Assembly: GCF_036321535.1 (NCBI RefSeq)
Contig: NC_087436.1
Span: 54,686,001-54,750,000 of the forward strand
Direction: 5' to 3'
From: Camelus dromedarius
Taxonomy: Eukaryota
DNA: 64,000 nucleotides
Both the position numbers and the translations under genes were made by a program. The notes beneath the pieces are model-generated. The model ran no database searches. It saw only the letters and a list, made by a program, of their open reading frames with translations, and was not told where the DNA came from. Shown here piece after piece: positions 50,421-62,170 of this stretch (the first letter of the stretch is position 1; every line of letters begins with the position of its first letter).

Positions 50421-50589
50421 ATCATGTATACAAGGAAACACTAGTATTTTGATATAATTCTGTAAAATTCTATAGTCAAGTACATGGGACATGAGCCTTA
50501 AGGAGGAAGGGAGGGTCAAGATTAAAATGGACCTTGATATTATTAGGTAATAAGAAAACATTGACAGGCATCATACAAACTAACTGCTT

Positions 50590-51075
50590 AGACTAACGTC
50601 CTCAGATTTACAAATAATGAAATGGAGGTCCAGAGAGGTTCTATGACTTGCCCAAAGGCACACAGCTAGTTAGAAAAAGAGCTGGAAATGTAATGCTGGT
50701 CTATGGAGACTTGCCACACAAGCCTCACCTTCAGGCTTTTAAATTATTCAGGAAGTTTAAAATAATGACAAATTGATTGCCTAGCAAGTAACTGACAGAA
50801 GTGGCTCCTTCCCTCAGGAAGACTCCTAAAATATGTTCTTCCCAGAGTATATCCTGGGATATGTCTGGAAAAACACAAAAATAAGGCAATGCTTGTTTGA
50901 TCTGCAATACATATTGGTTTCTTCTTTTGTATCACTCCCTTTACACCTCACTTATTTTTGATTATTCATTGTCTCTCACCCTGAATATGAGTTTCAGAAG
51001 GGTCACTGTCATCTTGTCACAGACTGAGAGCTGTTTCCCCTGAGTTCCCCAGCACCTGCAGCACAGAGTTTACAC
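50590..51075. mobile_element. MIR (-, ~50590-50700) and L2 3' fragment (+, ~50850-51075)
   Basis: ggaggtccagagaggtt.tatgacttgcccaaaggcacacagctagt; ccccagcacctgcagcacagag. Confidence 0.65.
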
Positions 51076-52619
51076 TGACTCAGATTAGCTCCGGGTCAGC
51101 AGTGCTGTGAGGAGAGGGTTTTAACCCCTCGTAGGCCCGGTTTCCTTCCTGGAGTGAGTCTGAGGAAAGCACAGGGGCAGGATTCCTCTTTCCCTGATCC
51201 TTCCTGCTCACTTCCTGCCCTCTCTCCAGAGCAGGCCGAATTTTCTCCCTCAGCCTGCAAGCTTCTGTTTTCTGCCTGGCTGCACTCACCGCCTTCCTAT
51301 GACACCTCAGGGAATTGCCCTCTTATTACCACAATTACAATCTGTACACATTTCATTAAACTAATATCGCTTTGCACAGGCTTTCTCCACAGAACTGCAC
51401 AGCTGGAGGCCCATTTCTTTTCCTCAGCTTAAACACTTTGACAGGTTAAGAAAGCTATTATGTCTGAATAACAGGTGTTGCAAAACAATGTGCATTTGAT
51501 GTTTAAATGAGAGAGCTTCTTTATTGACTGTCTTTATTGCAGCTAAGGCTCTCCTTTTTCACAATGACTGGATTTTTATTGTTTTTACTGCTTTTTAAAG
51601 TGTATTCTGTTGTTTCAGAATAAGTCTGAAGTGACTGTGTGTGGCTATTTGTTATTCTGCTGTCCTCTCCTTTTTATTATTATTATTATTAGTGCTTCTC
51701 GCCTTACTTTCCAGGTGAAGAATAGTTGCAGAAATAGAAGGGTTTTCCTGGGTTTCTCTTTTTCTCCACTAGAACGACACCCACTTCATGAACAGCTCCC
51801 AGAGGGCCTCTAATGGAATCCTTCTCTATTATTTTGTTTCTGTTTATACTGCCTTCCTCAGTCCACTCACCTACCTTCCAGTTACCCAATGAATTGGCTC
51901 CCAAATGAGAAACAATAAAATACAAAAGGAAGGACAGTTTACTGTTATGCTTCCTTATCTGAATATCACTGTCACGTTCTTTGTTCAGGGCCTTGCTGCA
52001 CAGAACCTACACACTGATATATAATTTTCAGTATTTATCTTTTATCTCTTGACATTTTGTTTTTCTTTACATCGTCAATGTTAAGCAAATCTTTATTCCT
52101 TTTCTCTGTTTCCTCACACAGTACCATGCTCAGCAGGATATTAGTCTGTTTTATTATTTCAATAAGATGACTTTTGCTGAAGAGACAATCAAGTGTTAAA
52201 AATACCATTTTCCAAAGGCAAATGCTCAGTGAGAGAGAACACATGATTATGAAAGCATAGAAGAGGATGGAAATATAATGTGATTCTAAAATAGTGAGAT
52301 GTGTTTATCTAGAGTACTGTTATTCATATTGCAGGCACTCAAAAATGCTTATTAACTCAAAGATAAACTGTAATATATTTTTTAACAGCAAAATTTGGAT
52401 TTCATGTTTACTTACATTTTATGGTACTAAAAATCAGGAAGAAAAAAAGGGGGAAGGCAAAAGAAAAAGCTCATTGTTTCTGTTAGCTGAATATTTTCAA
52501 TTCTCTTAGTGTATTAAAAAATTGTAATCATCATAATTATTACCTATTTGTTTCTGTGAAGCCAAATGAAGTCATATCTGTGATTAGGTGAAACACATGT
52601 TTTACCTAACATTTGGATA

Positions 52620-52895
52620 TTGCCTCCTAGAGTTGGGACAGTGCCTACTTCCCTGTGTGTCTTTAGTACTTAGAGCATTTCTGAGAACAAAGTAAGTGCT
52701 CATTAAGTGATTGCTGAATGAATTAACTTTAGAATCTTTAGAGATGAATCCATTACCCAGATTTCAGATGGTTCCAAGACCTCTTGAAATCTAAGTACAG
52801 TTTTGTGTATATGCACAGGAGCAGGGCAGTGAGAATTCTTTATTTTCATCTGATTGTCAAAGGAATCTGTGACTCTAATGCTTATGAAGCTCTCC
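52620..52895. mobile_element. L2 tail (~52620-52725) and MER112-like hAT remnant
   Basis: gtaagtgctcattaagtgattgctgaatgaat; tttcatctgattgtcaaaggaatctgtgac. Confidence 0.5.
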
Positions 52896-53359
52896 TTAAA
52901 AAGAGGTGATATGAATGATAATTTTTAAAAAAAATTGGCAAGTAAAGAAATTATTTATTGAGCCAGGAGCTTAAGCATATTTTTTTCTGTTGTAAAGTTA
53001 TGCCTACTTGAACATGGAATTTAGGAAACTGAGTAAGCGTTACCTGATCCTATACAAATATACCCTTATATTGTTTGTTTCTTCCCAGACCCATATACCA
53101 ACTGTCATCCTCAACTTATAATTGTTATTCAGATGAATATTTTTAATAATAACACCAAAACTTGGACTTTCTGTAAGTGCTTTACAATTTTAAAAAGTGC
53201 TTTCTCATTTAAAGAACAGCAGAAATCCATCCCACTTGAACTGATTCACCAATATCCCTAACAACAGGTAAGGTCAGTTCTGTTTTCAGGGATTTCCAAG
53301 TACAGTGTGTGTTTAAATCTCTGTGACATCTAACTCAATTATTTTCTTAAAAAGCAGTA

Positions 53360-53550
53360 ACTCTACATTTATGAGGCATAAGCCTCCTAAGAATTTCAAT
53401 GAACATGAAGTTTCTACAAACTCTGCAGAACAAGACTGTGATTCTCCTCACTTAACAGGTAAGGAAACTAAAATGCAGATATTGTTCAATGATTTTTCTT
53501 GTATCTATCTGGACTGTGACTAGACACACAAATCAAAGTATCAACCCTGG
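53360..53550 (-). mobile_element. Degraded MIR
   Basis: ttaacaggtaaggaaactaa, MIR core antisense. Confidence 0.45.
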
Positions 53551-55084
53551 AATTTTTATTGGTTGCTTGCTTCTAAAATAGAAAATATGAAAAAATTAAA
53601 TATTTATAGCATTAGGAATATCTTTGCAAAAAAACCTAATATCTATGTCTCTTTCTGATTTAAAACTGAGAAAATAATTTTACCTTAGGAAATTGGTTTT
53701 GGAATGAAGGAAAAATAATTTATATATTTGAGCAAACAGATGCAAATAAAATATTATGAAAATCTATTGATATATTAAAATCTGGTAAAATATGATGCAT
53801 TAGTTTATGGGAATCCATTATAAAAGATTTTTGAAATTATCTGCCCTCTTCAGATAATTCCACAGATGTGGGTGATGCATGAATTTTCAGGAAGAGGTTT
53901 CATTTGAAAGATGAACGGAAAGATGACTATCAGATTGAGAGGGTTTTGCTTTTGATTTTTTTCTTCAAAAGTCTAAATTATGTTAATTAAATCATTTAGC
54001 ATGACACAGATTCCGTTTATCCGATTTATACTTTGGGCCATTTTGGAACTTTGCTTCTTTAGGTATTTATGTGAAAGAATATGAAAAACCTAAATTCAGC
54101 TTTGCTTCTTATACATTCTTCCCTTTTGAATATTATTAAAAGGTATGACTGTGTTTGAACAGATTCTCTGATGCGGCCTATTGAAAATAATAGAATCAGT
54201 TGCCCATAACAGTTCTGTCAATTAGATTTTATCTGTGCTATCTTTCTCTTGTCCTAGAAATTCATCTTCTTGAAAGCATTTGTGTTATTGAAAGCAACGG
54301 AGCCTGGTAATGCTGGCCATTACCTTTACCTCATTTGCATTTTTGTCCAATATTTTATCCCTAAGTTCCCTTCCCTTTCCTGAAGCCCCCATCACTCCAC
54401 TGCATCTCATCAAGCGCCCTCTCAGCCACACGGAGGCAGCCTGCTGTGCGAAAACGAACTGGGTACAAATCACAGGTTCCCATGTGTCTGGGGCTTCTCA
54501 CGCTTGTTCCTTAAGTCAGCAGCAGCTGGGATGACCCAGATACTAAAACTGTTTCCCCCTCTCTGGGTTTCCCCATTTCCAGGAATGACCATTGTTGCAT
54601 TACCTCTAGGATTTGAAAACACAGCATGATCCCTGTGGGTGGTACAATTTCCTCTGCTGGAACAATGAGGGCACAATGTAAAACTTAAAGCCCCAAAGAG
54701 CAAGAGAGTGAGTGTAGCAAAGCAGAAAATACTAGCACGGTTCCACTGTGCTAGCAAATATTTCTTCCTGTGTGTGTGAGAACAGTAAAGAATTTACACA
54801 CCCATCTGCCTGTTTATGGGCAACAAACATCAAGAATAAATGCAGTTTTCATATACAGTTTATTCAGGTTGGGGATTAAATCTAAGCTAAAAAGAAAATG
54901 TCAGAAAGAAAAAATATCTATGATTAACTTAACAAGATTTATTTTCTACCTAGTAAATGCTAAATAACTTATAAAGAACAGCTCCTAGTCATAGGAGGAA
55001 AAATTAATTTCTAATTTTTCTTTTGGTTTATGCTGAAAAAGGACTTTAGCTATTAGTCAATTCCTTAAAAGATTTGATCTAAAC

Positions 55085-55239
55085 CAGTGGTTATTAAACT
55101 CAGGCATGTATTAAAATCACCTGGGGACTTGGCAAACACACAGAGGCTCAAGTCCTCCTACTTTGCACCAATGTGTTGGCCTCTGTACTCTGGTAGCTTT
55201 CCAAGTGATTCTGCTACATACCAACCTTGAGAACCACTG
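55085..55239. mobile_element. MER5-like hAT-Charlie MITE
   Basis: TIRs cagtggttattaaa / ttgagaaccactg; internal aatcacctgggga; degraded TSD atctaaac / attcaaat. Confidence 0.8.
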
Positions 55240-55354
55240 ATTCAAATCATGAAAAGGTTTCAAACCAAGACACTTCAAGACTGTACACTTACATATTTTA
55301 AAATTTTTGTCCTATTTAAGTTATAAGTTAGTTTTAAGTTATATAATTTAATAA

Positions 55355-56125
55355 CAACTTTGGAGCCATCTTAGACTCTTTTATATCCCACATCCAACCC
55401 ATCAGCAAATCTTATAGGCATTCTCTTTAAAACAGAGCCTAAAGTTGATCATATTCATCACCTTCACCACCACCATCCTATTCAAATTCAATATGATAGT
55501 GACCTAGCCTATCACAGTAGAACAGTTTCCTTGGATCCACCTCATCTGTCCCAATCCCAAGTCATTGCTCCACAGCAGTCTGAGTGTTCCTGCTAACACT
55601 TAAATAAGACTAAGTTACTCTCATTCTAACAATTCCTCATGGCTTGAAGTGTAATTCAGAGTAAAATCCTATGAGTCCTGTACCTATTAGCTCTCTTTCC
55701 TCTTCCTTTCACTCACTTCTCTCAACCGTTGCTTTCCTTGCTATCCTTTGCACATGTCGCTCTTGCTTCTGCCTTGGAACTCTTGTCCTGGCCTGTTGCT
55801 TTGCTTGGATCACTCTCTCTCATGGTAACCACCTCAATCACTACTTTGCTTTCTTTAGACTTCTAGTCAGCTGGCTCCTTGTCAGAGATGACTTCTTGAC
55901 AGCCCTTGGTAGACCAGAACCCCAGATCTTACTGATTTAATTTTCTTGTGTGGATATATGTGTGGGGGTGTGTGTGTTTTAAACACTTCTTGATATCTGT
56001 CATGTATATATTTATCTGTTTATCCTTAATAGAACATGAGCTTCTTGAAGCTGAGACTGTCGTTTTTGTTCTGAGGGGTAGCATATTATTAGCATTCAAA
56101 AGGATTCTGATAAATGAATGAAATG
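55355..56125 (+). mobile_element. L2 (L2a-like) 3' region
   Basis: ccacatccaacccatcagcaaatc..ctccacagcagtctgagtg..tagaacatgagcttcttga..tgataaatgaatgaa. Confidence 0.8.
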
Positions 56126-56288
56126 TATAATTTCTTCCAGAAACACCTCAAATCAGCAATTGGTTAATATTTCTGAGAATTATGTAAAGTTTATGAGTGT
56201 CATTCTATAGATGAAAAAACTAAGGCACAGACCCAACTATTTATTTAGTTTGTTTATCTGACTAGAATTTATCCAACTAATGTAGAAC

Positions 56289-56859
56289 TTTTAGGCAGTT
56301 AGATAGAAATAAGCACTGGGTAAGGAGGAGAGGAAGGGAGAGAAAACAATGCAGAAGATAACAGTATGCCTGCATTCAGGATAAGGAGCTTCAAAGAGTT
56401 TTATTTTCCCTAAAGGAGTGCCAACAAAAAAGCCGTTTAGAATCGGATGCTGTGGCTGTGCAGTAGATAGAAGGACTCGACTTAACATAAACCAATGCTC
56501 ATTATAATGTAATTAGCATTGCAGGTTAGGCCCCCTCCCGTGGGCTTTTCTGTGTGCATCACGGGTAAAAGCATGCACAAAGGAGATGGGCATACTCAAG
56601 CACTCAAGGGATGTGAGCCGTCAATCAATCACCAGAATGCCCCTAAGCCAGGATGTAAGACAGAAGACACAACAGAGGGGCCTCCATTTTCCTGTCTTGG
56701 GTTGGCCCACCTTCAATTCTAGAATACTCTAGTACTCTACTAACTTTTGCTCTACTAATAAAATTCTCTGTTTCCACAACACTTTCAGTCTCCCATTTGA
56801 ATTCTTTTTTTCTCAGGTAAGACAAAGAACTGAGGCCTTTTTCTCTCCTCTTGGTAACA
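56289..56859 (+). mobile_element. ERV1-class solo LTR (MER41-like 3' end)
   Basis: t(t)ttagg..ggtaaca termini; aataaa at ~56757; ttgaattcttttttctcaggtaagacaaagaac. 4-bp TSD gaac (56285-56288 / 56860-56863). Confidence 0.8.
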
Positions 56860-57994
56860 GAACTATATTTTCCCCAAATTCCCTGGGACTTGTATCTGGA
56901 ATTCAGACCTCTCATGACTTCCAAAACAAAATCTTTTTACTTGTGATCTCCTTTGGGCTTCAAATTTTAAATTTAAAAATGATTTTTTTGAAATAATATT
57001 ACATATTTTAACAATTTTTTTTTGATAATCAACTTGTAGACACAGAAAATGCACCTAATAGCTTAAAAGAAAACTGATGAATGTGATACCTAGACTAAGT
57101 TAGTTTGTTCAGAGTTCAAGTCAGTATCTATTCTCAGGCAACATGTGTTTAAGTGTATTTTCTTGTATCATTCATCCACACACCCTGCATCCCAGCCTCT
57201 CCATCTACAGATTGTGTTCATGGTGGGTGACTTTATACTCTTACCATCCTAATATATCCACGTTTGTCCATATTTAATGTCTCATTGCCACAAAGTCTTT
57301 GTTTCATAGTCAGAAAACAATCTAATTCCACCTAAGGTAATCATAATGGCAAAGCCTTAATATGATAACCAAGGGTCCACCTACTTTCTGAACCAAACAC
57401 ATGACATGATTTTTGTGTTACCTTGTGTATTGGAGGAACTTTGAAAGCTTGATTTTCATAGTAAGTTTATTTATTTAAGAGACTAATAATGGCAGACTAA
57501 AACATGGCCAATTTCTAATAATATGTGATATGTATATGCTATCCCTGAATTATTTGATTTTTAATAATTTTAACAATTATTACTTGAATTTAATTACAGG
57601 ATCTTAGGTTCTCACCACTGGAAACTGTATTTTCAGGTAAAAACAGGGGTGCCTTAAACACAATCCCTCAAATCCTACAAAGTAAACAGCTGTATAGTCC
57701 ATCTATAAATACTTTTAATACTACTTGAGGAATCAGTATACTGAGACAGAATATTTAACTATAGGGTTTGCTTATTTGGGAATATTCAATATAATCTCTA
57801 GATAGAATACTTTACTTATGATAGTAAATGTAAGCAACAAGAGAAAAATTTTAAACAAATATGTCAGTGAAGTATTTACATCTATTCAATTTAAGAGAGA
57901 GTGGATTAAGTTTGTATTCTATGTCTATGAGTCTGTTTCTGTTTTATATTTATGTCCATTTGTCTTTTCCTTTTCTTTTTTCTTTCCTTTTCCT

Positions 57995-57995
<1 letters not shown>

Positions 57996-58070
<75 letters not shown>

Positions 58071-58071
58071 T
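57996..58071. repeat. (CTTT)n tetranucleotide microsatellite, ~18 units, in the L1 3' UTR
   Basis: Read directly. Confidence 0.95.
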
Positions 58072-58103
58072 TTCTTTCTCTTCTTTCTTTCTTTCTCTTT
58101 TCT

Positions 58104-59115
58104 TTAGATTCCACATATGAGTGATCTCAGATGGTATTTTTCTTTCTCCTTCTGGCTTACTTCACTTAGAATGACATTCTCCAGGGACATCCATGTTGCT
58201 ACAAATGGCATTATGTTGTTGTATTTTATGGCTGAATAGTATTCCATGGTATGAATATACCATCTCTTCTTTATCCAGTCATCTGTTGATGGACATTTAG
58301 GCTGTTTCCATGTCTTGGCTGTTGTAAATAGTGCTGCTATGAACATTGGGGTGCAGGTGTCATTTTGAAGTAGGGTTCCTTCTGGATATGTGCCCAGGGG
58401 TGGGATTCCTGGGTCATACGGTAAGTCTATTCCTAGTCTTTTGAGGAATGTCCACACTGTTTTCCACAGTGGCTGCACCAAACTGCATTCCCACCAGCAG
58501 TGTAGGAGGGTTCCCTTTTCTCCACAGCCTCTCTAGCATTTTTCATTTGTGGACTTTTGAATGATGGCCATTCTGACTGGTGTGAGGTGATACCTCATTG
58601 AAGTTTTGATTTGCATTTCTCTGATAATTAGTGATACTGAGCATTTTTTCATGTGCCTATTGGCCATGTGTATGTCTTCATTGGAGAATTGCTTTTTTAG
58701 GTCTTCTGCCCATTTTTGGATTGGGTTTTTTTTTTTTTATTAAGTCATGTGAGCTCCAAAATATATTCTGGAGATCAAGCATTTGTCTGTTTCATCTTTT
58801 GCAAAAATTTTCTCCCATTCCATAGGTTGTTGTTTTGTTTTGTTTATGGTTTCCCTTTGCTGTGCAAAAGCTTATAAGTTTAATTAGGTCCCATTTGTTT
58901 ATTCTTGCTTTTATTTCTATTGCTTGGGTAGGCTGACCTAGGAGAACATTTTTGAGATGAATGTCAGATAACGTTTTGCCTATATTTTCTTCCAGGAGGT
59001 TTATTGTATCTTGTCTTATGTTTAAGTCTTTGATCCATTTTGAGTTTATTTTTGTGTATGGTGTAAGGGAGTGTTCTAGCTTCACTGATTTACATGCTGC
59101 TGTCCAGTTTTCCAA
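58104..59115 (-). pseudogene. L1 ORF2p C-terminal fragments (frameshifted)
   Basis: ENWTAACKSVKLEHSLTPYTKINSKWIKDLN.. and [38 protein letters not shown] are hallmark L1 ORF2p C-terminal sequences. Confidence 0.93.
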
Positions 59116-59789
59116 TACAAACTTTTAGTTGCCAGGGGGGCAGGGAGTGGGAAGGGACAGACTGGGAGTTTGAAATTTGTAGATACTGACAGGTATATAT
59201 AGAATAGATAAACAAGATTATACTGTATAGCACAGGGAAATATATACAATATCTTGTGGTAGCTCACGGAGAAAAAGCATGTGACAATGAATATATGTAT
59301 GTTCATGTATAACTGAAAAATTGTGTTCTATACTGGAAATAGACACAACATTGTAAACTGACTATAACTCAATAAAATAAAATTTAAAAAAAAGAGTGAG
59401 TGGATTAAAAAGCAATTCATTAATGGCAATTAGCTAAGTGGATAGTAGTTGATTTTTCCGTTCTAAAAGAGGTTTTCCACATAACAACAGTCTGTTTTAC
59501 AAGAGCTTATTCATAACCCTTAGTGTCATCCTACTGAATGCATTTAGAATGGTGAAAACTGGAGTTTGAGTCTGGAGCTGAGGCTGTACCATGAGTACTG
59601 CAGGTGAGGGCCAGGGAGATGGCTTGGAAGCTGCATCACCAAGCTAACTAAGCATTTGGAAGGGAAACTCCAGAACAGAGCACCCCTCCTCTAAGATAGT
59701 CAAAATTGGTTCCAATAAGTCTCATGTCTCTACTTTCTTCTTTCAGAAGTCCATAAAATCCTAGTGCACATAGAATCCAAAGAGAAGCT

Positions 59790-60150
59790 GCAGATATATT
59801 CTCAGAATTGATAAGAGAGTTCAGCAAGTTTCCTCAATGTGAGATTAATATGAGAGTACATTCCAATAACTGTTATAAAAGGAAATTTATATTAGAAAGT
59901 TACCTATTATAGCAACAAAAACTATAAAGAACTTAAGAAGTAAATCTGGTAGAAAGCATGTATTAGAGGATAATAATTTATTACTTTCTGTCATAATACT
60001 AGTTTTCATAAATTGTCTCTGTGCTTATAGTATATTTCTCAAATAATTAATTTGAAAAAATAGATATGTACATCATATGTCCTTTAGTGGAAGCTTGCTA
60101 ATTGTGCTGATGCAATCTTTTGTATCCTTACTATTTTTTTCATTTCATTT
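59790..60150. mobile_element. Ancient L1 (L1ME-like) remnants
   Basis: gaattgataagagagttcagcaagttt..atagcaacaaaaactataaa. Confidence 0.5.
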
Positions 60151-60885
60151 TCCAATATGGCTTTTTGTAAATAATTGTGTTTATTTTTAAGCACAAGGAC
60201 ACTGCAATAGATACTATAAAGGAAACACAAATGTCAATAAAGTGTTGCTGTTATTGGGATTATGACCTAAAATGAGTTAAAATATGAGTACCAGTACTTA
60301 TGGATGCGGTCACTTGGAGGAAGGCAAGCAAGACAAAAACACATGAATGAACAAAAAACTACTTTTTCAGGTGATTTCTACTAAAGGCTTAATATAATCA
60401 CATGTTGACATTTTCCATATTTACTAAGACAAATGTAGCTTTGAAACTAAGTAAGAACTTACTCCCTCACTGAGCTTTAAATGTGTAAGCATATTGTAGA
60501 GTTATCTCAAAATCTGACCCAAGCTGTTTACTGGTCTGGAGTTTTTAACAGCCAAAGAAAACTCCATGAAAAGCAATTATAAAATTGTCTCTGTTTCCTA
60601 TTCCAATTGCAATTTTTCAACTTCTGAAAGTACCGCTCCTGATAATAGGTAATTACGTTAGATAATAAGTCTTAGGTGGCTTAAAAAGTGTTAAGAGTTC
60701 AAAAATTGATTTGCCTCTTTAAAGAGAACTCAGTAAAGATGGCAATGAATCTCTTGGTTATCTAAGATACTTATGTTAAAGTAAGATAAGTAGGTAAGGT
60801 AGTTAAGTTCAAGTAATTATTTGTCAAGTGATAAGATTCGTTTCTTTTTTTTTTTTTTCTTGCCATGTATTTCTAGGTTAAGGGT

Positions 60886-61446
60886 ATGGCATGCTGCATT
60901 TTCAACGAGAAGGCACAACACATTTTCCAGTCCTATATACTCTTCTAGAACCTAGCCACTTCATCAATCAAGAGGTAGAGTTTGTTTGCCCTCCATTTAA
61001 AATTAGGCAGGTCTTTGAGATAATTTTGACAGGTAGAATGGAGTAGAAGTGATGATGCATCATTTTCAAGGACAGGTCATAAAAGGTAATATAGCTTCCA
61101 CCTGGCCCAGCCCCTACCCCAACTCTCTCTCAAATGCTTACTCTTAGAACTTAGTCACTGTGTTGGAAAGAATCTCAGGCCATGTGTAGTAGCCACAAGT
61201 AGGTGGCTACTACATTACCCCAGTTGAGGTCTCAGGTGAATGACACCAGCTGCCAGACATGCGAGTGACCAAGCCTTTAGAGGATTATAGTTTCCAGCCT
61301 TAGAGCCACCTCACATGATGCTGAGTACAGCAGAAACAAGCTATCCCTCATGAGCCCTGCTCAAATTACAGATTCAAGAGCAAAATTAATGTTGATTTAA
61401 ACTGCTAAGATTTGAGGTGGTTTGTTGCACATTAGATAATGAGAAA
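60886..61446 (+). mobile_element. MaLR solo LTR (MLT1G/H-like)
   Basis: atcaagaggtagagt..gtagaagtgatg..ggtcataaaagg..gagccctgctcaaattacagatt..tttgaggtggtttgttgca..tagataa. Confidence 0.85.
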
Positions 61447-61479
61447 AAGGAGAAATAAGAATTTAACATCAAGAATAAA

Positions 61480-62150
61480 ACTACAGATTCTTCACTATTT
61501 TGTAAATATTAGGAGAATTGATATATTGATTTCTCATAATTCTATTAACTTTTGTTTTCCATATTTTGGGATGATGTTATTAGATGCATGCATGTTTTGA
61601 ATTAATATGTATTATCTATGTGGTGAATCAATTCATACTAGATGCATACATATTTAGATTTATTACATGTTATTTTATGGAAAATTAATGAGTATTTAGT
61701 ATGTTGAAAGCACTGTATTCCTAACAATTTTTTTTACCTTTATCATTTACTTGATGTTCATATAGTTATATTAATTGAATTCTGAATGGTATATGCCTAG
61801 TGTATTTTATCCATTCTGTTTTTTTCCCAAATTTTCTTTGTAATTATGCTGTCTTTTTATTTAAGAAGCATATAGCTGTATTGTTTAAAAATGTCAGTTT
61901 TTAAATTTCAACTGTAAGTTTAATCCACTTACATTTATTGTGATTATCAACATATTTATATTTGTTATTCCATTTTATTTTGTACTTTCTTTCTACTCAC
62001 TATTTTCATGCTTTTTACTCCTCTTCTTCCTTCCTATCAGGGTTTTTTTTCCTTTCACTTATTGATTCTTTTCTTCTTTGGATTGCAGATTATACACTTT
62101 GTTTTTAGTGCATACTCACTTTTTTAGTTTGCATAGATAACAAAGATGTG
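61480..62150 (-). mobile_element. Ancient L1 remnant (antisense)
   Basis: T-rich; atattttgggatgatgttattagatgcat..tttaatccacttacatttattgtgattat. Confidence 0.6.
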
Positions 62151-62170
62151 ACTATTTCTCAATGGAGGTT

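Larger units (their letters stand above)
57910..59391. mobile_element. Young 5'-inverted L1: antisense segment 57910-59113 plus sense tail 59114-59391
   Basis: ORF2 C-terminal peptides on the minus strand, then sense 3' UTR and poly(A). 17-bp TSD aagagWgagtggattaa (57893-57909 / 59392-59408). Confidence 0.95.

Noticed and set aside
57818..58124. FLSF- and KKER-repeat ORFs
   Set aside because: They are translations of the (CTTT)n microsatellite.
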